Assembly: GCF_042648445.1 (NCBI RefSeq)
Contig: NZ_JBHRYB010000001.1
Coordinates: forward strand, 626,711-690,710
Direction: 5' to 3'
Length of the DNA: 64,000 nucleotides
Source of the DNA: Bacterioplanoides pacificum
GTDB lineage: Bacteria > Pseudomonadota > Gammaproteobacteria > Pseudomonadales > Oceanobacteraceae
Numbering within the stretch: the stretch's first letter is position 1; every line of letters starts with the position of its first letter. Below are positions 1 through 11,353 of the stretch, piece after piece. The translations under genes and the position numbers were made by a program. A model generated the notes under the pieces. The model was not told the origin of the DNA and searched no databases. It saw only the letters and a list, made by a program, of their open reading frames with translations.

Positions 1-334
1 GTTACTGGCCGAGCATGAAAATACGCTGGCGCATTCGATGCAGAATCTGCATGAGCACACCAGTCAGAAGGTGTTGTCGGAATGGCACCAGTTTGAACCC
101 GGCTCCATTGCCAAAGCACTGGATGGCTGTAAACAGTGTCATCCGGATTTATCCGTGGATGAACTGGTTGAGATTGCGCTGAAAATTGATGACTACCTGA
201 TCCACTTGTATCGCCAGATGGCCAGCGAAGCTACCAGTGGCGAATCGCGTCAGCTGTTTGAGAATCTGGCGCAGCTGGAGGAAACCGAAAAGATCCGCAC
301 CGTGCGGGCGGCGTTATCCGCCAACGACTGGTAA
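1..334 (+). CDS. hypothetical protein, C-terminal part (5' end lies outside the window)
   Basis: Open frame runs from the window edge (…[19 protein letters not shown]…) to the stop at 334. No recognisable family motif by eye. Confidence 0.35.
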   Translation, partial: LLAEHENTLAHSMQNLHEHTSQKVLSEWHQFEPGSIAKALDGCKQCHPDLSVDELVEIALKIDDYLIHLYRQMASEATSGESRQLFENLAQLEETEKIRTVRAALSANDW

Positions 335-361
335 TTCACCCGGTTTGCTACCCACATCCCC

Positions 362-403
362 GACTCCTGAGTACACTGTGCGCTGACTCAGGAGTTTCTT
401 TTT
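362..403 (+). terminator. rho-independent terminator-like hairpin
   Basis: Inverted repeat gactcctgagt / actcaggagt followed by a ttctttttg T-run, between ORF1 and ruvC. Confidence 0.45.
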
Positions 404-405
404 GT

Positions 406-927
406 ATGGCCATTATCCTTGGCATTGATCCGGGCTCACGCATTACCGGTTTTGGTGTTATTAACAGCGTTGGGCAAAAAAATGAATACATCACCAGCGG
501 TTGTATCCGGCTGGGAGAAGGCGAGCTGGCCTTACGACTGCAGAAAATTTACGACTGTATTGAGACGCTGATCGAACAGCACTGCCCGCAGGAATTTGCC
601 ATCGAACAGGTGTTTATGGGCAAAAATGCCGATTCGGCACTGAAGCTGGGTCAGGCGCGTGGTGTGGCTATTGTTGCCGCTGCACGCCAGGGATTACCGG
701 TGGCGGAATATGCACCACGGACGATTAAACAGTCGGTGGTGGGTAAAGGCAGTGCCACCAAAGAGCAGGTGCAGCTGATGGTACAACATCTGTTAAAACT
801 GCCCGGCCGGCCCCAGGCTGATGCCGCGGATGCCTTAGCGATCGCTCTGACTCACGCGCATACCCGGGCCAGCCTGGTGACTCAGGCCGGTATCAGAAGT
901 TATGCCCGTGGCCGTATGAAGCTCTAG
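406..927 (+). CDS. ruvC: Holliday junction resolvase RuvC
   Basis: N-terminus [19 protein letters not shown] with the catalytic Asp context, ~173 aa. Conserved ruvC-ruvA-ruvB order. Confidence 0.9.
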   Translation: MAIILGIDPGSRITGFGVINSVGQKNEYITSGCIRLGEGELALRLQKIYDCIETLIEQHCPQEFAIEQVFMGKNADSALKLGQARGVAIVAAARQGLPVAEYAPRTIKQSVVGKGSATKEQVQLMVQHLLKLPGRPQADAADALAIALTHAHTRASLVTQAGIRSYARGRMKL

Positions 928-1033
928 CCCTCCTGCACATCCCTGCCTGTGTTAGCCGCTGTATCTGAATTGAGCCGCATAGCGGTTTGCTGATAGGCTA
1001 GGCGCCTTTCTAATCAGTAAGAATTCACAACCC

Positions 1034-1642
1034 ATGATAGGTCGTCTGCAAGGCATTATTCTCGAAAAACAGGCTCCGGATTTATTAATCGACGTCAACG
1101 GCGTGGGTTATGAAGTGCAGGCGCCACTGTCTACCTTTGTCAGTCTGGGCAAAACCGGTGATGTCGCCGTGGTTTATACCCATCTCGCCATCCGCGAAGA
1201 TGCGCATCAGTTGTATGCCTTCAGTGATAAAGGCCAGCGTACCCTGTTCCGTACTCTGATTAAGGTCAGTGGTGTGGGGCCGAAGCTGGCACTGGCGATT
1301 TTATCTGGTATGGATGTGAATGCTTTTGCTGCCTGTGTTCATGCCGAGGACGTGACGGCGCTGACCAAGTTACCCGGAGTGGGCAAGAAAACCGCTGAAC
1401 GGCTGATCGTGGAAATGCGCGACCGTCTGAAGGAGTGGCAGGCACCGGCACCGTTATGGGCCGCCGTGGATGCGGCGGAGCAGGCCGGTCAGAATCAGCT
1501 GCTGGCAGAGGCCGAAGGTGCGCTGGTGGCACTGGGGTATAAACCAACTGACGCAGCGAAGATGCTGAATAAAGTCGCGGCGGATGGCCTGTCAGCGGAA
1601 GAACTGATCCGCCTGGCATTAAAAAGTACGCTGGGCCGGTAA
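1034..1642 (+). CDS. ruvA: Holliday junction DNA helicase subunit RuvA
   Basis: MIGRLQGIILEK… is the typical RuvA N-terminus, ~202 aa, lying between ruvC and ruvB. Confidence 0.9.
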   Translation: MIGRLQGIILEKQAPDLLIDVNGVGYEVQAPLSTFVSLGKTGDVAVVYTHLAIREDAHQLYAFSDKGQRTLFRTLIKVSGVGPKLALAILSGMDVNAFAACVHAEDVTALTKLPGVGKKTAERLIVEMRDRLKEWQAPAPLWAAVDAAEQAGQNQLLAEAEGALVALGYKPTDAAKMLNKVAADGLSAEELIRLALKSTLGR

Positions 1643-1654
1643 CGGGAAATATTT

Positions 1655-2686
1655 ATGATCGAAGAAGACCGTTTTATCAGCCCGCAGCCGGTGATGGCAG
1701 AAGAACGTCAGGACCGCGCTATCCGGCCAAAAACTCTGGCCGATTATATTGGTCAGCCCCATGTGCGTGAGCAGATGGAAATATTTATCGGTGCTGCCCG
1801 GGCACGCGACGAAGCGCTGGATCATACCCTGGTGTTTGGTCCGCCGGGATTAGGAAAAACCACCCTGGCGAATATCATCGCGGAGGAAATGGGCTCTCAG
1901 ATTAAGTCCACCTCCGGACCGGTGCTGGAAAAAGCCGGCGATCTGGCTGCCATGCTGACCAATCTGGAAGAGGGCGATGTGTTATTCATCGACGAAATTC
2001 ATCGCCTTAATCCAGCGGTTGAAGAGGTGTTGTATCCGGCGATGGAAGATTATCAGCTGGATATTATGGTGGGCGAAGGGCCGGCAGCACGTTCGATTAA
2101 AATTGATTTACCACCTTTTACATTGGTGGGGGCTACAACCCGGGCAGGTTTGTTAACATCACCGCTGCGTGACCGCTTTGGTATTGTGCAGCGGCTGGAG
2201 TTTTACAATATCGATGACTTATCGGGTATTGTGTCGCGCTCCGGTCGTTTAATGGAACTGGATGTTGATGACCATGGTGCCCGGGAAATTGCCCGTCGCG
2301 CGCGCGGTACACCACGGATTGCTAACCGGTTATTACGCCGTGTGCGTGATTACGCCCAGGTAAAATCCGACGGTGTGGTTGATCAGCAGGTTGCTGATGC
2401 GGCGTTGAATATGCTGAATGTCGATGCCCAGGGATTTGATCATATGGACCGGCGTTTATTATTAACTCTGCTGGAAAAATACGATGGCGGACCGGCGGGG
2501 GTAGAAAGCCTGGCAGCGTCCATCGGTGAAGAGCGCGATACCATCGAAGATGTGCTTGAGCCGTATCTGATGCAACAGGGCTATATTACCCGTACGCCCC
2601 GGGGCCGTATGGCAACCCGGCATGCGTACCGTCATTTTGGTCTGGAATTACCGGCGCGTTTTATTTCGCAAGAGAAGGACACATGA
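1655..2686 (+). CDS. ruvB: Holliday junction branch-migration ATPase RuvB
   Basis: Walker [12 protein letters not shown], Walker [10 protein letters not shown], 343 aa AAA+. Confidence 0.95.
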   Translation: MIEEDRFISPQPVMAEERQDRAIRPKTLADYIGQPHVREQMEIFIGAARARDEALDHTLVFGPPGLGKTTLANIIAEEMGSQIKSTSGPVLEKAGDLAAMLTNLEEGDVLFIDEIHRLNPAVEEVLYPAMEDYQLDIMVGEGPAARSIKIDLPPFTLVGATTRAGLLTSPLRDRFGIVQRLEFYNIDDLSGIVSRSGRLMELDVDDHGAREIARRARGTPRIANRLLRRVRDYAQVKSDGVVDQQVADAALNMLNVDAQGFDHMDRRLLLTLLEKYDGGPAGVESLAASIGEERDTIEDVLEPYLMQQGYITRTPRGRMATRHAYRHFGLELPARFISQEKDT

Positions 2687-3084
2687 GTTTTCGCTGGCCC
2701 GTGCGGGTGTATTACGAAGATACTGATGCCGGTGGTATCGTTTATTACGCTAACTACCTTAATTTTTTTGAGCGTGCCCGCACAGAATGGTTACGCAAAA
2801 TCGGGTTTAATCAGGAAGTATTACGGCAGCAGGGTATTTTGTTTGTTGTACGTGATGTTTCTGCAAAATATCGCCGCAGCGCTCGTCTGGATGATGAGCT
2901 TGAGGTCAGTGTTCAGGTCGAAAAGTTGGGTAAAGCCAGTTTTAACATCAGCCAGTCTGTATATCGTATCGGTGACGAAAAAGAAGAACTGCTGGTAAAC
3001 GGTTATGTCTCCGTTGCCTGTATCGATAGCAGTGGTTCTCCCCGGGCCATTCCGGCAGATATTATTAACACTATTAATAACTAA
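2683..3084 (+). CDS. ybgC: Tol-Pal-associated acyl-CoA thioesterase YbgC
   Basis: [24 protein letters not shown] hot-dog thioesterase motif. Start overlaps the ruvB stop (ATGA) and the gene lies upstream of tolQ. Confidence 0.85.
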   Translation: MSFRWPVRVYYEDTDAGGIVYYANYLNFFERARTEWLRKIGFNQEVLRQQGILFVVRDVSAKYRRSARLDDELEVSVQVEKLGKASFNISQSVYRIGDEKEELLVNGYVSVACIDSSGSPRAIPADIINTINN

Positions 3085-3109
3085 TTCAGACAAACCGACA
3101 GGAGTGTTT

Positions 3110-3823
3110 GTGAACGAATCGATGTCGATTATTTCGTTAATTGCCAATGCCAGTATTGTTGTTCAGCTGGTTATGCTGATGTTGTTGGCAGCATCCGTAT
3201 TGAGCTGGGTTGTGATTGTTCAGCGCAGCCGGCTACTGTCGGCCAGTCGTGATCAGTTGCTCGATTTTGAAGAGCGTTTCTGGTCGGGGGTAGATCTCAA
3301 TGCGTTGTACCGCGAATGCCAGCAAAACCCGGCACCCAGCGCGATTGAAAATGTTTTTATTGCCGGTATGAAAGAATTCGGAAAAATGCGTCAGCAGAAT
3401 ACCAGTGATCCGGATGCGGTGATGGCCGGTGTACAGCGGGCGATGCGCATCAGTATCAGCCGTGAATCTGAAAACCTGGATACCCATTTACCTTTTCTGG
3501 CAACGGTGGGTTCAACCAGCCCGTATATCGGCCTGTTCGGTACCGTTTGGGGCATTATGCATTCTTTCCAGGGGCTGGCTGCGGTTAAGCAGGCCACCAT
3601 TGCCACGGTTGCACCGGGTATTTCAGAAGCATTAGTTGCCACGGCCATGGGCTTGCTGGCAGCGATTCCGGCAGTCATTTTCTATAACCGCTTCGCCAGT
3701 CGGGTGGATCGTATGGTGACCGGTATGTACACCTTTGCGGATGAATTTTCGTCTTTGCTGTACCGCCAGGCACACAAAATGAACCAGAGCGTGGCGAAAA
3801 AAGACGAAGCAGGGGCAAGCTGA
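3110..3823 (+). CDS. tolQ: Tol-Pal system protein TolQ
   Basis: Aligns by eye to E. coli TolQ (…SWVVIVQRSRLL…, MotA/ExbB family). Start taken as GTG 3110, 5 nt after the AGGAG at 3100-3104; the annotated longer ORF would overlap ybgC. Confidence 0.85.
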   Translation: MNESMSIISLIANASIVVQLVMLMLLAASVLSWVVIVQRSRLLSASRDQLLDFEERFWSGVDLNALYRECQQNPAPSAIENVFIAGMKEFGKMRQQNTSDPDAVMAGVQRAMRISISRESENLDTHLPFLATVGSTSPYIGLFGTVWGIMHSFQGLAAVKQATIATVAPGISEALVATAMGLLAAIPAVIFYNRFASRVDRMVTGMYTFADEFSSLLYRQAHKMNQSVAKKDEAGAS

Positions 3824-4272
3824 TGGAGCCGATGGCACCACCGGTGGAGAAACGCCGGCCTGTCGCTGAAATCAACGTTGTACCTTATATCGATGTGATG
3901 CTGGTGCTGCTGATCATCTTTATGGTGACGGCTCCGATGCTGGTGCAGAGTGTGCCGGTGGACCTGCCCGACGTGGATTCCACGCCGACGGAAATCGATC
4001 CGGATGGCAACACCATTATTGTGTCAGTGAATGCAAAAGGCGTTTATTTTATTGAACGCGGAGAAGAGCAACCCAAAGCCATGGTGTTGGCCGATGTACA
4101 GGACTACGCCAGAAAGGTCACGGCCGAAGTGCCGGGCACACGTCTGCTGATTCGCGGCGATGAACAGGTTCCATACGGCAAAGTGGTGGTGCTGATGGGC
4201 GGTTTGCAGTCGATCGGGATAAAAAATGTAGGCCTGATCACTGAAGCGCCGGACCCGGAGGCTTCCCGTTAA
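3823..4272 (+). CDS. tolR: Tol-Pal system protein TolR
   Basis: ExbD/TolR family (…VVPYIDVMLVLLIIFMVTAPML…). Start overlaps the tolQ stop. Confidence 0.9.
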   Translation: MEPMAPPVEKRRPVAEINVVPYIDVMLVLLIIFMVTAPMLVQSVPVDLPDVDSTPTEIDPDGNTIIVSVNAKGVYFIERGEEQPKAMVLADVQDYARKVTAEVPGTRLLIRGDEQVPYGKVVVLMGGLQSIGIKNVGLITEAPDPEASR

Positions 4273-4273
4273 C

Positions 4274-5140
4274 ATGGGCTGGATGACAACAGGCTGGCGC
4301 CGCCCCGACAGTTATGGTTTTGCTGTGGTTGTGGCATTGATAGTTCACCTGCTGGTTGCAGGTTTGTTTTTGCTGCAGTGGCCAGAGAGCAAACCGCGGA
4401 TGGCTGAGCCGGTGCCGCAGCATATGATTGCGAATGTGGTGCAGGAAGAAAATAAAGCCGTTAAGCAACGGCGTGAAAAAGCCGAGCAGCAACGTCAGCG
4501 TAAAGCCCTGGCGGAAAAACGTCGGGCGCAACAGCAACGGCAACAACAACTGGCGGCGAAACGTAAAAAAGAACAGCAGCGTCGGGAGAAGCTGAAACAA
4601 CAGCAACTGGCAAAACAAAAAGCCGCTGCGGAAAAAAAGCGTAAAGCGGAAGCTGAGCGGTTAAAGCAACAGCAGCTGGCTGAGCAACAGGCGGCGGAAC
4701 AAAAAGCGCAACAGCAACGTCAGGAACAGCAACGCCAGGAACAGCAGCGACTGGAGCAACAAATGTTGCGGCAGCTGGCTCAGGAACAGGCTGCCGCCGA
4801 ACTCGAAGCCCAGCGTCAGGCTGAGATAAAAGCTGAACGGGCAGCCGCGACCACGTTAGAACATACGGCGTTAATCCGTGACCGCATTACTTCTGCCTGG
4901 CGTTATCCGCCAGCGGTGGCTGCTGAGATGGAGGTAACGGTGCGTCTGACTCTGGTGCCCACCGGCGAGGTAATTCAGGTGCAGATTATCAACAGCAGTG
5001 GGCATCAGGGGCTGGACCGTTCCGTGGAACAGGCCATTCATAAAGCATCGCCGTTACCTGTGCCAAACGATATTGCGGTGTTTGAACAGAACTTCCGCCA
5101 TTTAACGATGAAATTCCGACCGGAGAACGCCTCGTGGTAA
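4274..5140 (+). CDS. tolA: Tol-Pal system protein TolA
   Basis: N-terminal TM helix, long K/A/E/Q-rich helical domain II and a C-terminal TolA domain. Position between tolR and tolB. Confidence 0.8.
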   Translation: MGWMTTGWRRPDSYGFAVVVALIVHLLVAGLFLLQWPESKPRMAEPVPQHMIANVVQEENKAVKQRREKAEQQRQRKALAEKRRAQQQRQQQLAAKRKKEQQRREKLKQQQLAKQKAAAEKKRKAEAERLKQQQLAEQQAAEQKAQQQRQEQQRQEQQRLEQQMLRQLAQEQAAAELEAQRQAEIKAERAAATTLEHTALIRDRITSAWRYPPAVAAEMEVTVRLTLVPTGEVIQVQIINSSGHQGLDRSVEQAIHKASPLPVPNDIAVFEQNFRHLTMKFRPENASW

Positions 5141-6426
5141 GCCGAACCATCCGCTCTTTTTATATAGCGACCCTGTTATTGCTGAGTACTGTCAGTGCCC
5201 GGGCTGAATTAGTGATTGAAGTCACCCAGGGTAAACAAAGTGCCATGCCGATCGCCGTAGTGCCGTTTGCCTGGAGTGGTTCTACACCACCGCCGGAGGA
5301 TGTCAGTACCATTATTGCGAACGATCTGGCCTCCAGTGGTTATTTCCGCGTGATGGATGAAAGCAATATGATCAGCCGGCCAACTGAGCTGGCGCAGGTT
5401 GCCTACCCTGACTGGAAAACACAGCGCCAGGACTTTGTGGTGATTGGCCGGATGAATGTACTGCCAACCGGTTATGCGGTGGAATTTCATGTGCTGGATG
5501 TACACCAGAAAGTTGAAGTATTCCGCCATCGGGTCAAAGGAACGGGCAGCCAGTTACGCGATGTGGCTCATTACATCAGTGATTTTATCTTTAAAAAGCT
5601 CACGGGTATTGATGGTGTGTTTTCTACCAAGCTGGTTTACGTCACCACCAATCGTGAACGTACCCGCTTTAATCTCAATTATGCCGATGCCGATGGTGCC
5701 CGTGAGCGTCTGATTTTTAAATCACCACACCCTATTATTTCCCCTGCCTGGTCACCGGATGGCAAAAAGGTGGCGTATGTGTCGTTTGAAAACGGCAAAA
5801 GCGAAATCTATTTTCAGACACTGGCAACCGGTCAGCGGGAAAAAGTGGCGGCATTTGCAGGTTCTAACAGTTCGCCGGCCTTTTCACCGGATGGTAAAAA
5901 ACTGGCGTTTGTACGTTCGCGGCTGGGCAATCCGGATGTTTGGGTGATGGATCTGCAATCCCGTAAGCTGGAACGCATTACCCGTCATTATGGTATTGAT
6001 ACCGAACCTCAGTGGATGCCGGGTGGTGAACATCTGATCTTTACCTCCAGCCGGGCGGGCGGGCCACAGATTTATCAGGTATCGCTGGCGGATAAACAGG
6101 TTAAGCGTATGACCTACGAAGGGGGGTATAACGCCCGGGCACGAATTACCGCGGATGGCCGCAAAATGGTGTTTGTTCACCAGTCTGGCGGCAACTTCCA
6201 TATCGCTTCACAGGAGATAAAAAGTGGCAGAGTGCACATTCTTACCACCGAGACTCATTTGGACGAATCCCCTAGTGTTGCGCCTAACGGAAGTATGGTA
6301 ATTTATGCCGCAAGTGAGGCGAATCGTAGTATTCTCGCTGCGGTATCGGTCGATGGAGAGGTGAAATTCCGCCTGCCATCGAAGTACGGAGACGTCAGGG
6401 AACCTGCCTGGTCGCCGATTTTATAA
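5134..6426 (+). CDS. tolB: Tol-Pal system periplasmic beta-propeller protein TolB
   Basis: Aligns along its whole length to E. coli TolB (…[29 protein letters not shown]…). Confidence 0.9.
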   Translation: MVSRTIRSFYIATLLLLSTVSARAELVIEVTQGKQSAMPIAVVPFAWSGSTPPPEDVSTIIANDLASSGYFRVMDESNMISRPTELAQVAYPDWKTQRQDFVVIGRMNVLPTGYAVEFHVLDVHQKVEVFRHRVKGTGSQLRDVAHYISDFIFKKLTGIDGVFSTKLVYVTTNRERTRFNLNYADADGARERLIFKSPHPIISPAWSPDGKKVAYVSFENGKSEIYFQTLATGQREKVAAFAGSNSSPAFSPDGKKLAFVRSRLGNPDVWVMDLQSRKLERITRHYGIDTEPQWMPGGEHLIFTSSRAGGPQIYQVSLADKQVKRMTYEGGYNARARITADGRKMVFVHQSGGNFHIASQEIKSGRVHILTTETHLDESPSVAPNGSMVIYAASEANRSILAAVSVDGEVKFRLPSKYGDVREPAWSPIL

Positions 6427-6463
6427 TGATTTTTTAAACTAACTTTCGGACTGGAAGACGGAT

Positions 6464-7042
6464 ATGCAAAAAACTGCACTGTATAAAGCCTTTGGCGTGG
6501 CGCTGGGCGCTGCTTTGATCTCTGCTTGTTCAAGCACTGGTGACGTTAACGAAGGCGCTGGTAACACTGAGCCAACAGCGGTTGAACAACAAGTTGAACA
6601 ACAAGTGGCTGAAGCGGGCCAGGAAGCGGAAACAACAGCGGTTGAAGCCGGTGAAGTTGCAGGCGAATCTCTGGAAGCTCAGGCTAACGAAGCACAAAAA
6701 GCACTGCTGGAAATGACTGTGTTCTACTTCGACTTCGATCAGAGCACTCTGAAAGAAGACGGCAAAGATGCACTGAAAGCACACGCAGCTTACCTGGCGG
6801 CTAACCCGGCAGCTCGTGTTGTTCTGGAAGGTCACGCTGATGAGCGCGGCACGGTTGAATACAACCTGGCTCTGGGCGAGCGTCGTGCCATGACTGTACG
6901 TCGTTTCCTGATGGCGAACGGTGCAAAAGCCGGTCAGCTGCAGGTTGTTAGCTTCGGTGAAGAGCGTCCTGCTATTGTTGCTCACAACCGCGATGCATGG
7001 TCTAAAAACCGTCGCGTTGAAGTGAAATACCAGAGCCGTTAA
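6464..7042 (+). CDS. pal: peptidoglycan-associated lipoprotein Pal
   Basis: Lipobox …LISAC, OmpA-like C-terminal domain (…VVLEGHADERGTVEYNLALGERRA…). Lies downstream of tolB. Confidence 0.9.
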   Translation: MQKTALYKAFGVALGAALISACSSTGDVNEGAGNTEPTAVEQQVEQQVAEAGQEAETTAVEAGEVAGESLEAQANEAQKALLEMTVFYFDFDQSTLKEDGKDALKAHAAYLAANPAARVVLEGHADERGTVEYNLALGERRAMTVRRFLMANGAKAGQLQVVSFGEERPAIVAHNRDAWSKNRRVEVKYQSR

Positions 7043-7842
7043 TGAAACATCTCATCCTGCCTTTGGCGCTGGCTGTTGCAGCCAGTGCTGTTGCTGAGGA
7101 TGAATGGGTTTCGGTAGGCGCCAACCGCACGGTGGCGCCTGCACAACCCGAAACTCTTCCCCCATCTTCCTCATCATCTGTTACCCCTTCGGCCACTCTG
7201 GCTCAGCCCGCCGCCGAATCTGACGACGGCAATGATTTATTATCTGAGTTGTTATTTCAGGTTGAGCAAATGCAGCAGGAAATTGCGATGTTGCGCAGCC
7301 AGGTTGAAACTCAGGATAAACAGCTGCGGACCATGAAGCAGGAGCAGCGGGCACGTTATCTGGATCTCGACCGCCGTGTTGCCAGCCTGGTACGCCAGCC
7401 TGCGGCACAGAAGCCGGCGACGGATACTCCGGCTGTTGCCGCGACGTCTCAGGTGCCGGCGGCAGATGCTTATAAAGCGGCGATGACACTGGTGCGTGAG
7501 AAAAAATTCGTTGAAGCCAATCAGGCATTCGCCGATTTTGTCACTCACTACCCGGATGACGCGCTGGCCGCCAATGCCTGGTACTGGAATGGTGAAGTGT
7601 ATCTGGTGCAAAGCAAGCTGCCAGAGGCGGAGAAAGCCTTTGCTCAGGTTGTCGAACATCATAGCGATCACCAGAAAGCGCCTGACGCGACTTACAAGCT
7701 GGGTGTGACTCTGCATAAGCAGGGGAAAACCGAACAGGCCCGTAGCTGGCTGAATAAGGTGATTGAGAGTTACACCGGCAAAGCGGATTCAACCGTACGC
7801 CTGGCGCAATCCTATCTGGAGAAGATGCCGGCTGGCCGTTAA
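7042..7842 (+). CDS. cpoB: cell division coordinator CpoB (YbgF), coiled-coil + TPR
   Basis: Signal peptide, coiled-coil and C-terminal TPR-like region. Lies downstream of pal and before the tRNA-Lys cluster, as in E. coli. Confidence 0.8.
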   Translation: MKHLILPLALAVAASAVAEDEWVSVGANRTVAPAQPETLPPSSSSSVTPSATLAQPAAESDDGNDLLSELLFQVEQMQQEIAMLRSQVETQDKQLRTMKQEQRARYLDLDRRVASLVRQPAAQKPATDTPAVAATSQVPAADAYKAAMTLVREKKFVEANQAFADFVTHYPDDALAANAWYWNGEVYLVQSKLPEAEKAFAQVVEHHSDHQKAPDATYKLGVTLHKQGKTEQARSWLNKVIESYTGKADSTVRLAQSYLEKMPAGR

Positions 7843-7959
7843 CGCCCTGTACTTAGCGGTCGTAAGCCTTTGCGACCGGCTAAGTTGCTGAAATCGAAAC
7901 TTTTTTTAAAAAAAGGCTTGTCACTCAGAAAAATTTCGGTATTATACGCCGCACTTCCG

Positions 7960-8035
7960 GGGTCGTTAGCTCAGTTGGTAGAGCAGTTGGCTTTTAACCA
8001 ATTGGTCGCTGGTTCGAATCCAGCACGACCCACCA
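7960..8035 (+). tRNA. tRNA-Lys (anticodon UUU)
   Basis: GGGTCGTTAGCTCAGTTGGTAGAGCAGTTGGCTTTTAACCAATTGGTCGCTGGTTCGAATCCAGCACGACCCACCA. Cloverleaf with TTT anticodon and 3' CCA. Confidence 0.9.
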
Positions 8036-8121
8036 TCATCAAACGGAAGCTAAGTTGCTGAAATAGTTACTGAATTCCAGAAATTCAGAAAAACGCGAGT
8101 TTCATCTGCGCAGCACTTATC

Positions 8122-8197
8122 GGGTCGTTAGCTCAGTTGGTAGAGCAGTTGGCTTTTAACCAATTGGTCGCTGGTTCGAATCCAGCACGACCCACCA
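8122..8197 (+). tRNA. tRNA-Lys (anticodon UUU), second identical copy
   Basis: Exact duplicate of the 7960-8035 sequence. Confidence 0.9.
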
Positions 8198-8210
8198 TTT
8201 ATTCCTGAAA

Positions 8211-8247
8211 AGGGGAGAAAGCCAGCCGGTTTTCTCCCCTTTTTTTA
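8211..8247 (+). terminator. rho-independent terminator
   Basis: Hairpin aggggagaaa…tttctcccct followed by a T7 run after the tRNA cluster. Confidence 0.8.
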
Positions 8248-8345
8248 TGGCCGGAAAACTTTGTTGCCAGAAGCAGGGCTGGCAGTCGCCCCGGGTCGCT
8301 ATGATAAAATAGCGGCACAATCGCCAATCATGTGATGAGAGAAAG

Positions 8346-9377
8346 ATGACAGAAGCGGTACAAACCCCACAGCAGGTGATTCGGAATTACTGGTCTAAAC
8401 CGTCTGAGCAGAGCCCGGCAGAACAGCAGGCATTAAAACAGGACATTCGTCAGCTGCTCCGGCAGGAAGATGCTGTACTGGTGGCGCATTATTATTGTGA
8501 CCCTGAAATTCAGGCGCTGGCTGAAGAAACCGGCGGTTGTGTGGCCGACTCACTGGAGATGGCCCGTTTTGGCCGCGATCACAGTGCCAGTACTTTGCTG
8601 GTGGCCGGAGTGCGTTTTATGGGCGAAACGGCAAAAATTCTCAGTCCGGAAAAACGGGTGCTGATGCCGACACTGGAGGCCACCTGTTCGCTTGATCTGG
8701 GTTGTCCGGTGGATGAATTTTCGCAGTTTTGTGATCAGCATCCGGATCGTACCGTGGTGGTGTACGCGAATACATCGGCAGCGGTAAAAGCGCGGGCAGA
8801 CTGGGTTGTAACGTCCAGCATTGCGCTGCAGGTGGTAACCCATCTGAAAGAGCAGGGTAAAAAACTGATCTGGGGGCCGGACAAGCATCTGGGTCATTAC
8901 ATTCAGCAGCAAACCGGTGCTGATATGATTCTGTGGGACAGCGCCTGCATTGTGCATGATGAATTTAAAGCCAAAGGTGTTGAGGATCTGAAGAAGGTTC
9001 ACCCGGACGCTGCCATTCTGGTGCATCCGGAGTCGCCGGATTCCGTGGTACAGATGGCGGATGTGGTGGGCTCCACCAGTCAGCTGATTGCGGCGGCGCG
9101 GGATCTGGCTAACGACACGCTGATTGTGGCAACGGATAAAGCCATCTTTTACAAGATGCAGCAGGCAGCACCGGACAAATTACTGATTGAAGCGCCAACC
9201 GCCGGTAACGGAGCGACCTGTCGCAGCTGTGCTCATTGCCCGTGGATGGGGATGAATGAGCTGCGTAATATGCGTGATGTATTAAAAACCGGCAGTCAGG
9301 AAATCATTATTGAAGAAGGTCTGCGCCAGCGTGCGGTTATCAGTCTGGACCGTATGCTGACCTTCACTCCGGCCTGA
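8346..9377 (+). CDS. nadA: quinolinate synthase NadA
   Basis: 343 aa with the conserved Cys residues (…[10 protein letters not shown]…). Position after the ybgF-tRNA cluster, as in E. coli. Confidence 0.9.
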   Translation: MTEAVQTPQQVIRNYWSKPSEQSPAEQQALKQDIRQLLRQEDAVLVAHYYCDPEIQALAEETGGCVADSLEMARFGRDHSASTLLVAGVRFMGETAKILSPEKRVLMPTLEATCSLDLGCPVDEFSQFCDQHPDRTVVVYANTSAAVKARADWVVTSSIALQVVTHLKEQGKKLIWGPDKHLGHYIQQQTGADMILWDSACIVHDEFKAKGVEDLKKVHPDAAILVHPESPDSVVQMADVVGSTSQLIAAARDLANDTLIVATDKAIFYKMQQAAPDKLLIEAPTAGNGATCRSCAHCPWMGMNELRNMRDVLKTGSQEIIIEEGLRQRAVISLDRMLTFTPA

Positions 9378-9457
9378 ATGGCCGCAGCCACAGCGCTCCG
9401 CCCCGGGGCCCTGTGATTGGAAACGCCGTGATTAGAAACGCGGCGATCGGATCGTTT

Positions 9458-10939
9458 TCAGTTGCCAAAGCGGGTCGGGCTGTTGGCCATGATCCGCACT
9501 CTGCGGCTGATGGCGGCTTCCTGCAGAAAATCCCCTTCTTTTTTGGCCTGCTTCAGGGCCAGCTCCATTTGCCGCAAGGCTTTCGCCTGAAAGCCGGTGA
9601 TAAACAGATATTCACCATTAGCCCGGTGCGACAAGGTCTTTTGCTGGTTTTTACCGGCGGCGGCCGCCAGGTTGCGCCACACGTGTGGATAACCCGGACG
9701 TTGCTCAGACAGCTGTTTCAGCAGTTGGCTGGCGTTGTCGTATTGCTCGTCGGCCATCAGAATATCGGCCTTGCGACTGCTTAATTCAAAGCTGCCGGGC
9801 TGAAAGACCAGGGCTTCATCCAGTGCCTTCAGTGCCGCCTGATTATTTCCTTGTAATCGTAACAGTTGGGCCTGCAGCGAGACCGCGGCCGGGTGTTCAT
9901 TATAGGGGGCGGCCATCTGTTGCAGTATTTTAAGCCCGCTGGCGGCATCGCGTTTGTCGGCGGCCAGTTGTGCCAGAGCCAGTTGTGCGGCGGCATAAGG
10001 CTGGCTGTGTTTGCTGTTCAGGGTCAGTTGGTGTTCGAAATGTTGCTGCTGTTCAGCTGCATTCAGCTGATAACGCATGCGCGCCTGGTTTTTCAGAATA
10101 TCGAAGGTGAAGCTGGTAAGCCTGGGTTTGTGTGGGTAATTTTCGGCCCGCCCGGCGGCATCGGCTACCCGGTTTTCTGTCACCGGGTGGGTCAGCAGAA
10201 ACTCAGGCGGCCGCTGGCTGAAGCGATTGGCCTGTAACATGGCCTGGAACATACTGGGCATGGCGTGTGGATCGAGGCCGGCGCCGACCAGGGCTTTCAT
10301 GCCGATGCGGTCGGCTTCGCGTTCCCATTCCCGGCTGTAAGCCAGTTGATTCTGTACCGAAGCAGCCTGGCTGGTGACCAGTCCGGCGAAACCGGCGTCG
10401 GCATTATTGCTGGCAATCAGTAGGATGCTGGCTAATAACGCGGCGATAGCAACCGGCTGTTGTTTTTCTGCCTGCTCAATCTGACGGGCAAAGTGACGCT
10501 GACTCAGGTGGGCCAGTTCGTGGGCCAGTACCGCAGACAACTCGTCTTCGTCGCGGGCGTGCAGAAAAATACCAAAATTAATGCCGATGATGCCGCCGGG
10601 AACGGCGAAGGCATTAAGTTCTTCGCGGTCGATGATAACAAACTCAAAATCAGACAGCTTCACTTCGCTGTGCGGGATCAGGCGGTAAATCAGATTTTCC
10701 AGAAACTGATTGGCCAGTGGTGATTCCATGGTATTAGCCTGGCGCCGTAACTGTCGCAGCCACAGCCGCCCCAGCTGGTGTTCTTCCTGTAATGACACAT
10801 AGCTGGAGGCACTGTCTCCCAGGTCGGGCAGATCCGAATTGCCTGCCTGAGTGCTGAATGGCAGAGCGGCGAGCAGGCTGAATAAACAGGCGGCTGATTT
10901 CAAAAGTCGGGTTCCCGGTTCAGAATGTCCAATATTCAA
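9458..10939 (-). CDS. bepA: M48-family zinc metalloprotease with TPR repeats (BepA/YfgC-like)
   Basis: Signal peptide, HELAHLSQRH zinc motif and a C-terminal TPR region. Divergent from a perM-like gene, as yfgC/perM are in E. coli. Confidence 0.7.
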   Translation of the reverse strand: MNIGHSEPGTRLLKSAACLFSLLAALPFSTQAGNSDLPDLGDSASSYVSLQEEHQLGRLWLRQLRRQANTMESPLANQFLENLIYRLIPHSEVKLSDFEFVIIDREELNAFAVPGGIIGINFGIFLHARDEDELSAVLAHELAHLSQRHFARQIEQAEKQQPVAIAALLASILLIASNNADAGFAGLVTSQAASVQNQLAYSREWEREADRIGMKALVGAGLDPHAMPSMFQAMLQANRFSQRPPEFLLTHPVTENRVADAAGRAENYPHKPRLTSFTFDILKNQARMRYQLNAAEQQQHFEHQLTLNSKHSQPYAAAQLALAQLAADKRDAASGLKILQQMAAPYNEHPAAVSLQAQLLRLQGNNQAALKALDEALVFQPGSFELSSRKADILMADEQYDNASQLLKQLSEQRPGYPHVWRNLAAAAGKNQQKTLSHRANGEYLFITGFQAKALRQMELALKQAKKEGDFLQEAAISRRVRIMANSPTRFGN

Positions 10940-11110
10940 TTATCCCTTACGTGGCGATATCGACCAGCCGGTCGCCTGAAAAGTTCTGCAAAGGCAAAGC
11001 AAAGTTCGGCAAGACTGGCCAGTGATTGCGGCTGATGGCCGTTGTGGGGCGATTACGTCAGCAATGCTTAGGTATATAATAGCCGGCCAGTTTGGCAAAA
11101 GGCGTGAAGT

Positions 11111-11353
11111 GTGTCTAATTCAATCTCTTATCAGCAACATCTGGATGCTCGTGGTCTGGAATGTCCGATGCCACTGTTAAAAACCAAGCTGGCACTGAAG
11201 CAGCTGAACCCCGGGGAGGTGTTGTGGGTCACTGCCACAGATGCCGGTTCCTGGCGTGATATCAAAAAGTTTACTGAACTGACCAGTCATGAATTGCTGC
11301 ATGCCAGTGATGAACAGGATTGTTATCAGTACTGGATTAAAAAGGGAGCCTGA
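11111..11353 (+). CDS. TusA-like sulfurtransferase family protein
   Basis: CPMP motif (LECPMPLLKTK), 80 aa. GTG start. Confidence 0.6.
   Translation: MSNSISYQQHLDARGLECPMPLLKTKLALKQLNPGEVLWVTATDAGSWRDIKKFTELTSHELLHASDEQDCYQYWIKKGA

Noticed and set aside
930-1033. Looked for a LexA SOS box (CTGT-N8-ACAG) upstream of ruvA/ruvC.
   Set aside because: Only half-sites were found (ctgtatctgaattgag), with no palindromic partner. ruvAB are not LexA-regulated in many non-enteric gammaproteobacteria.
1266-1825. Antisense ORFs inside ruvA/ruvB (117 aa, 68 aa) and similar antisense ORFs throughout core genes.
   Set aside because: Pro/Arg/Ser-rich low-complexity translations typical of the reverse strand of GC-rich coding sequence; they overlap well-supported genes.
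2726-2998. 90-aa alternative-frame ORF inside ybgC.
   Set aside because: Overlaps the conserved YbgC frame completely; hydrophobic junk translation.
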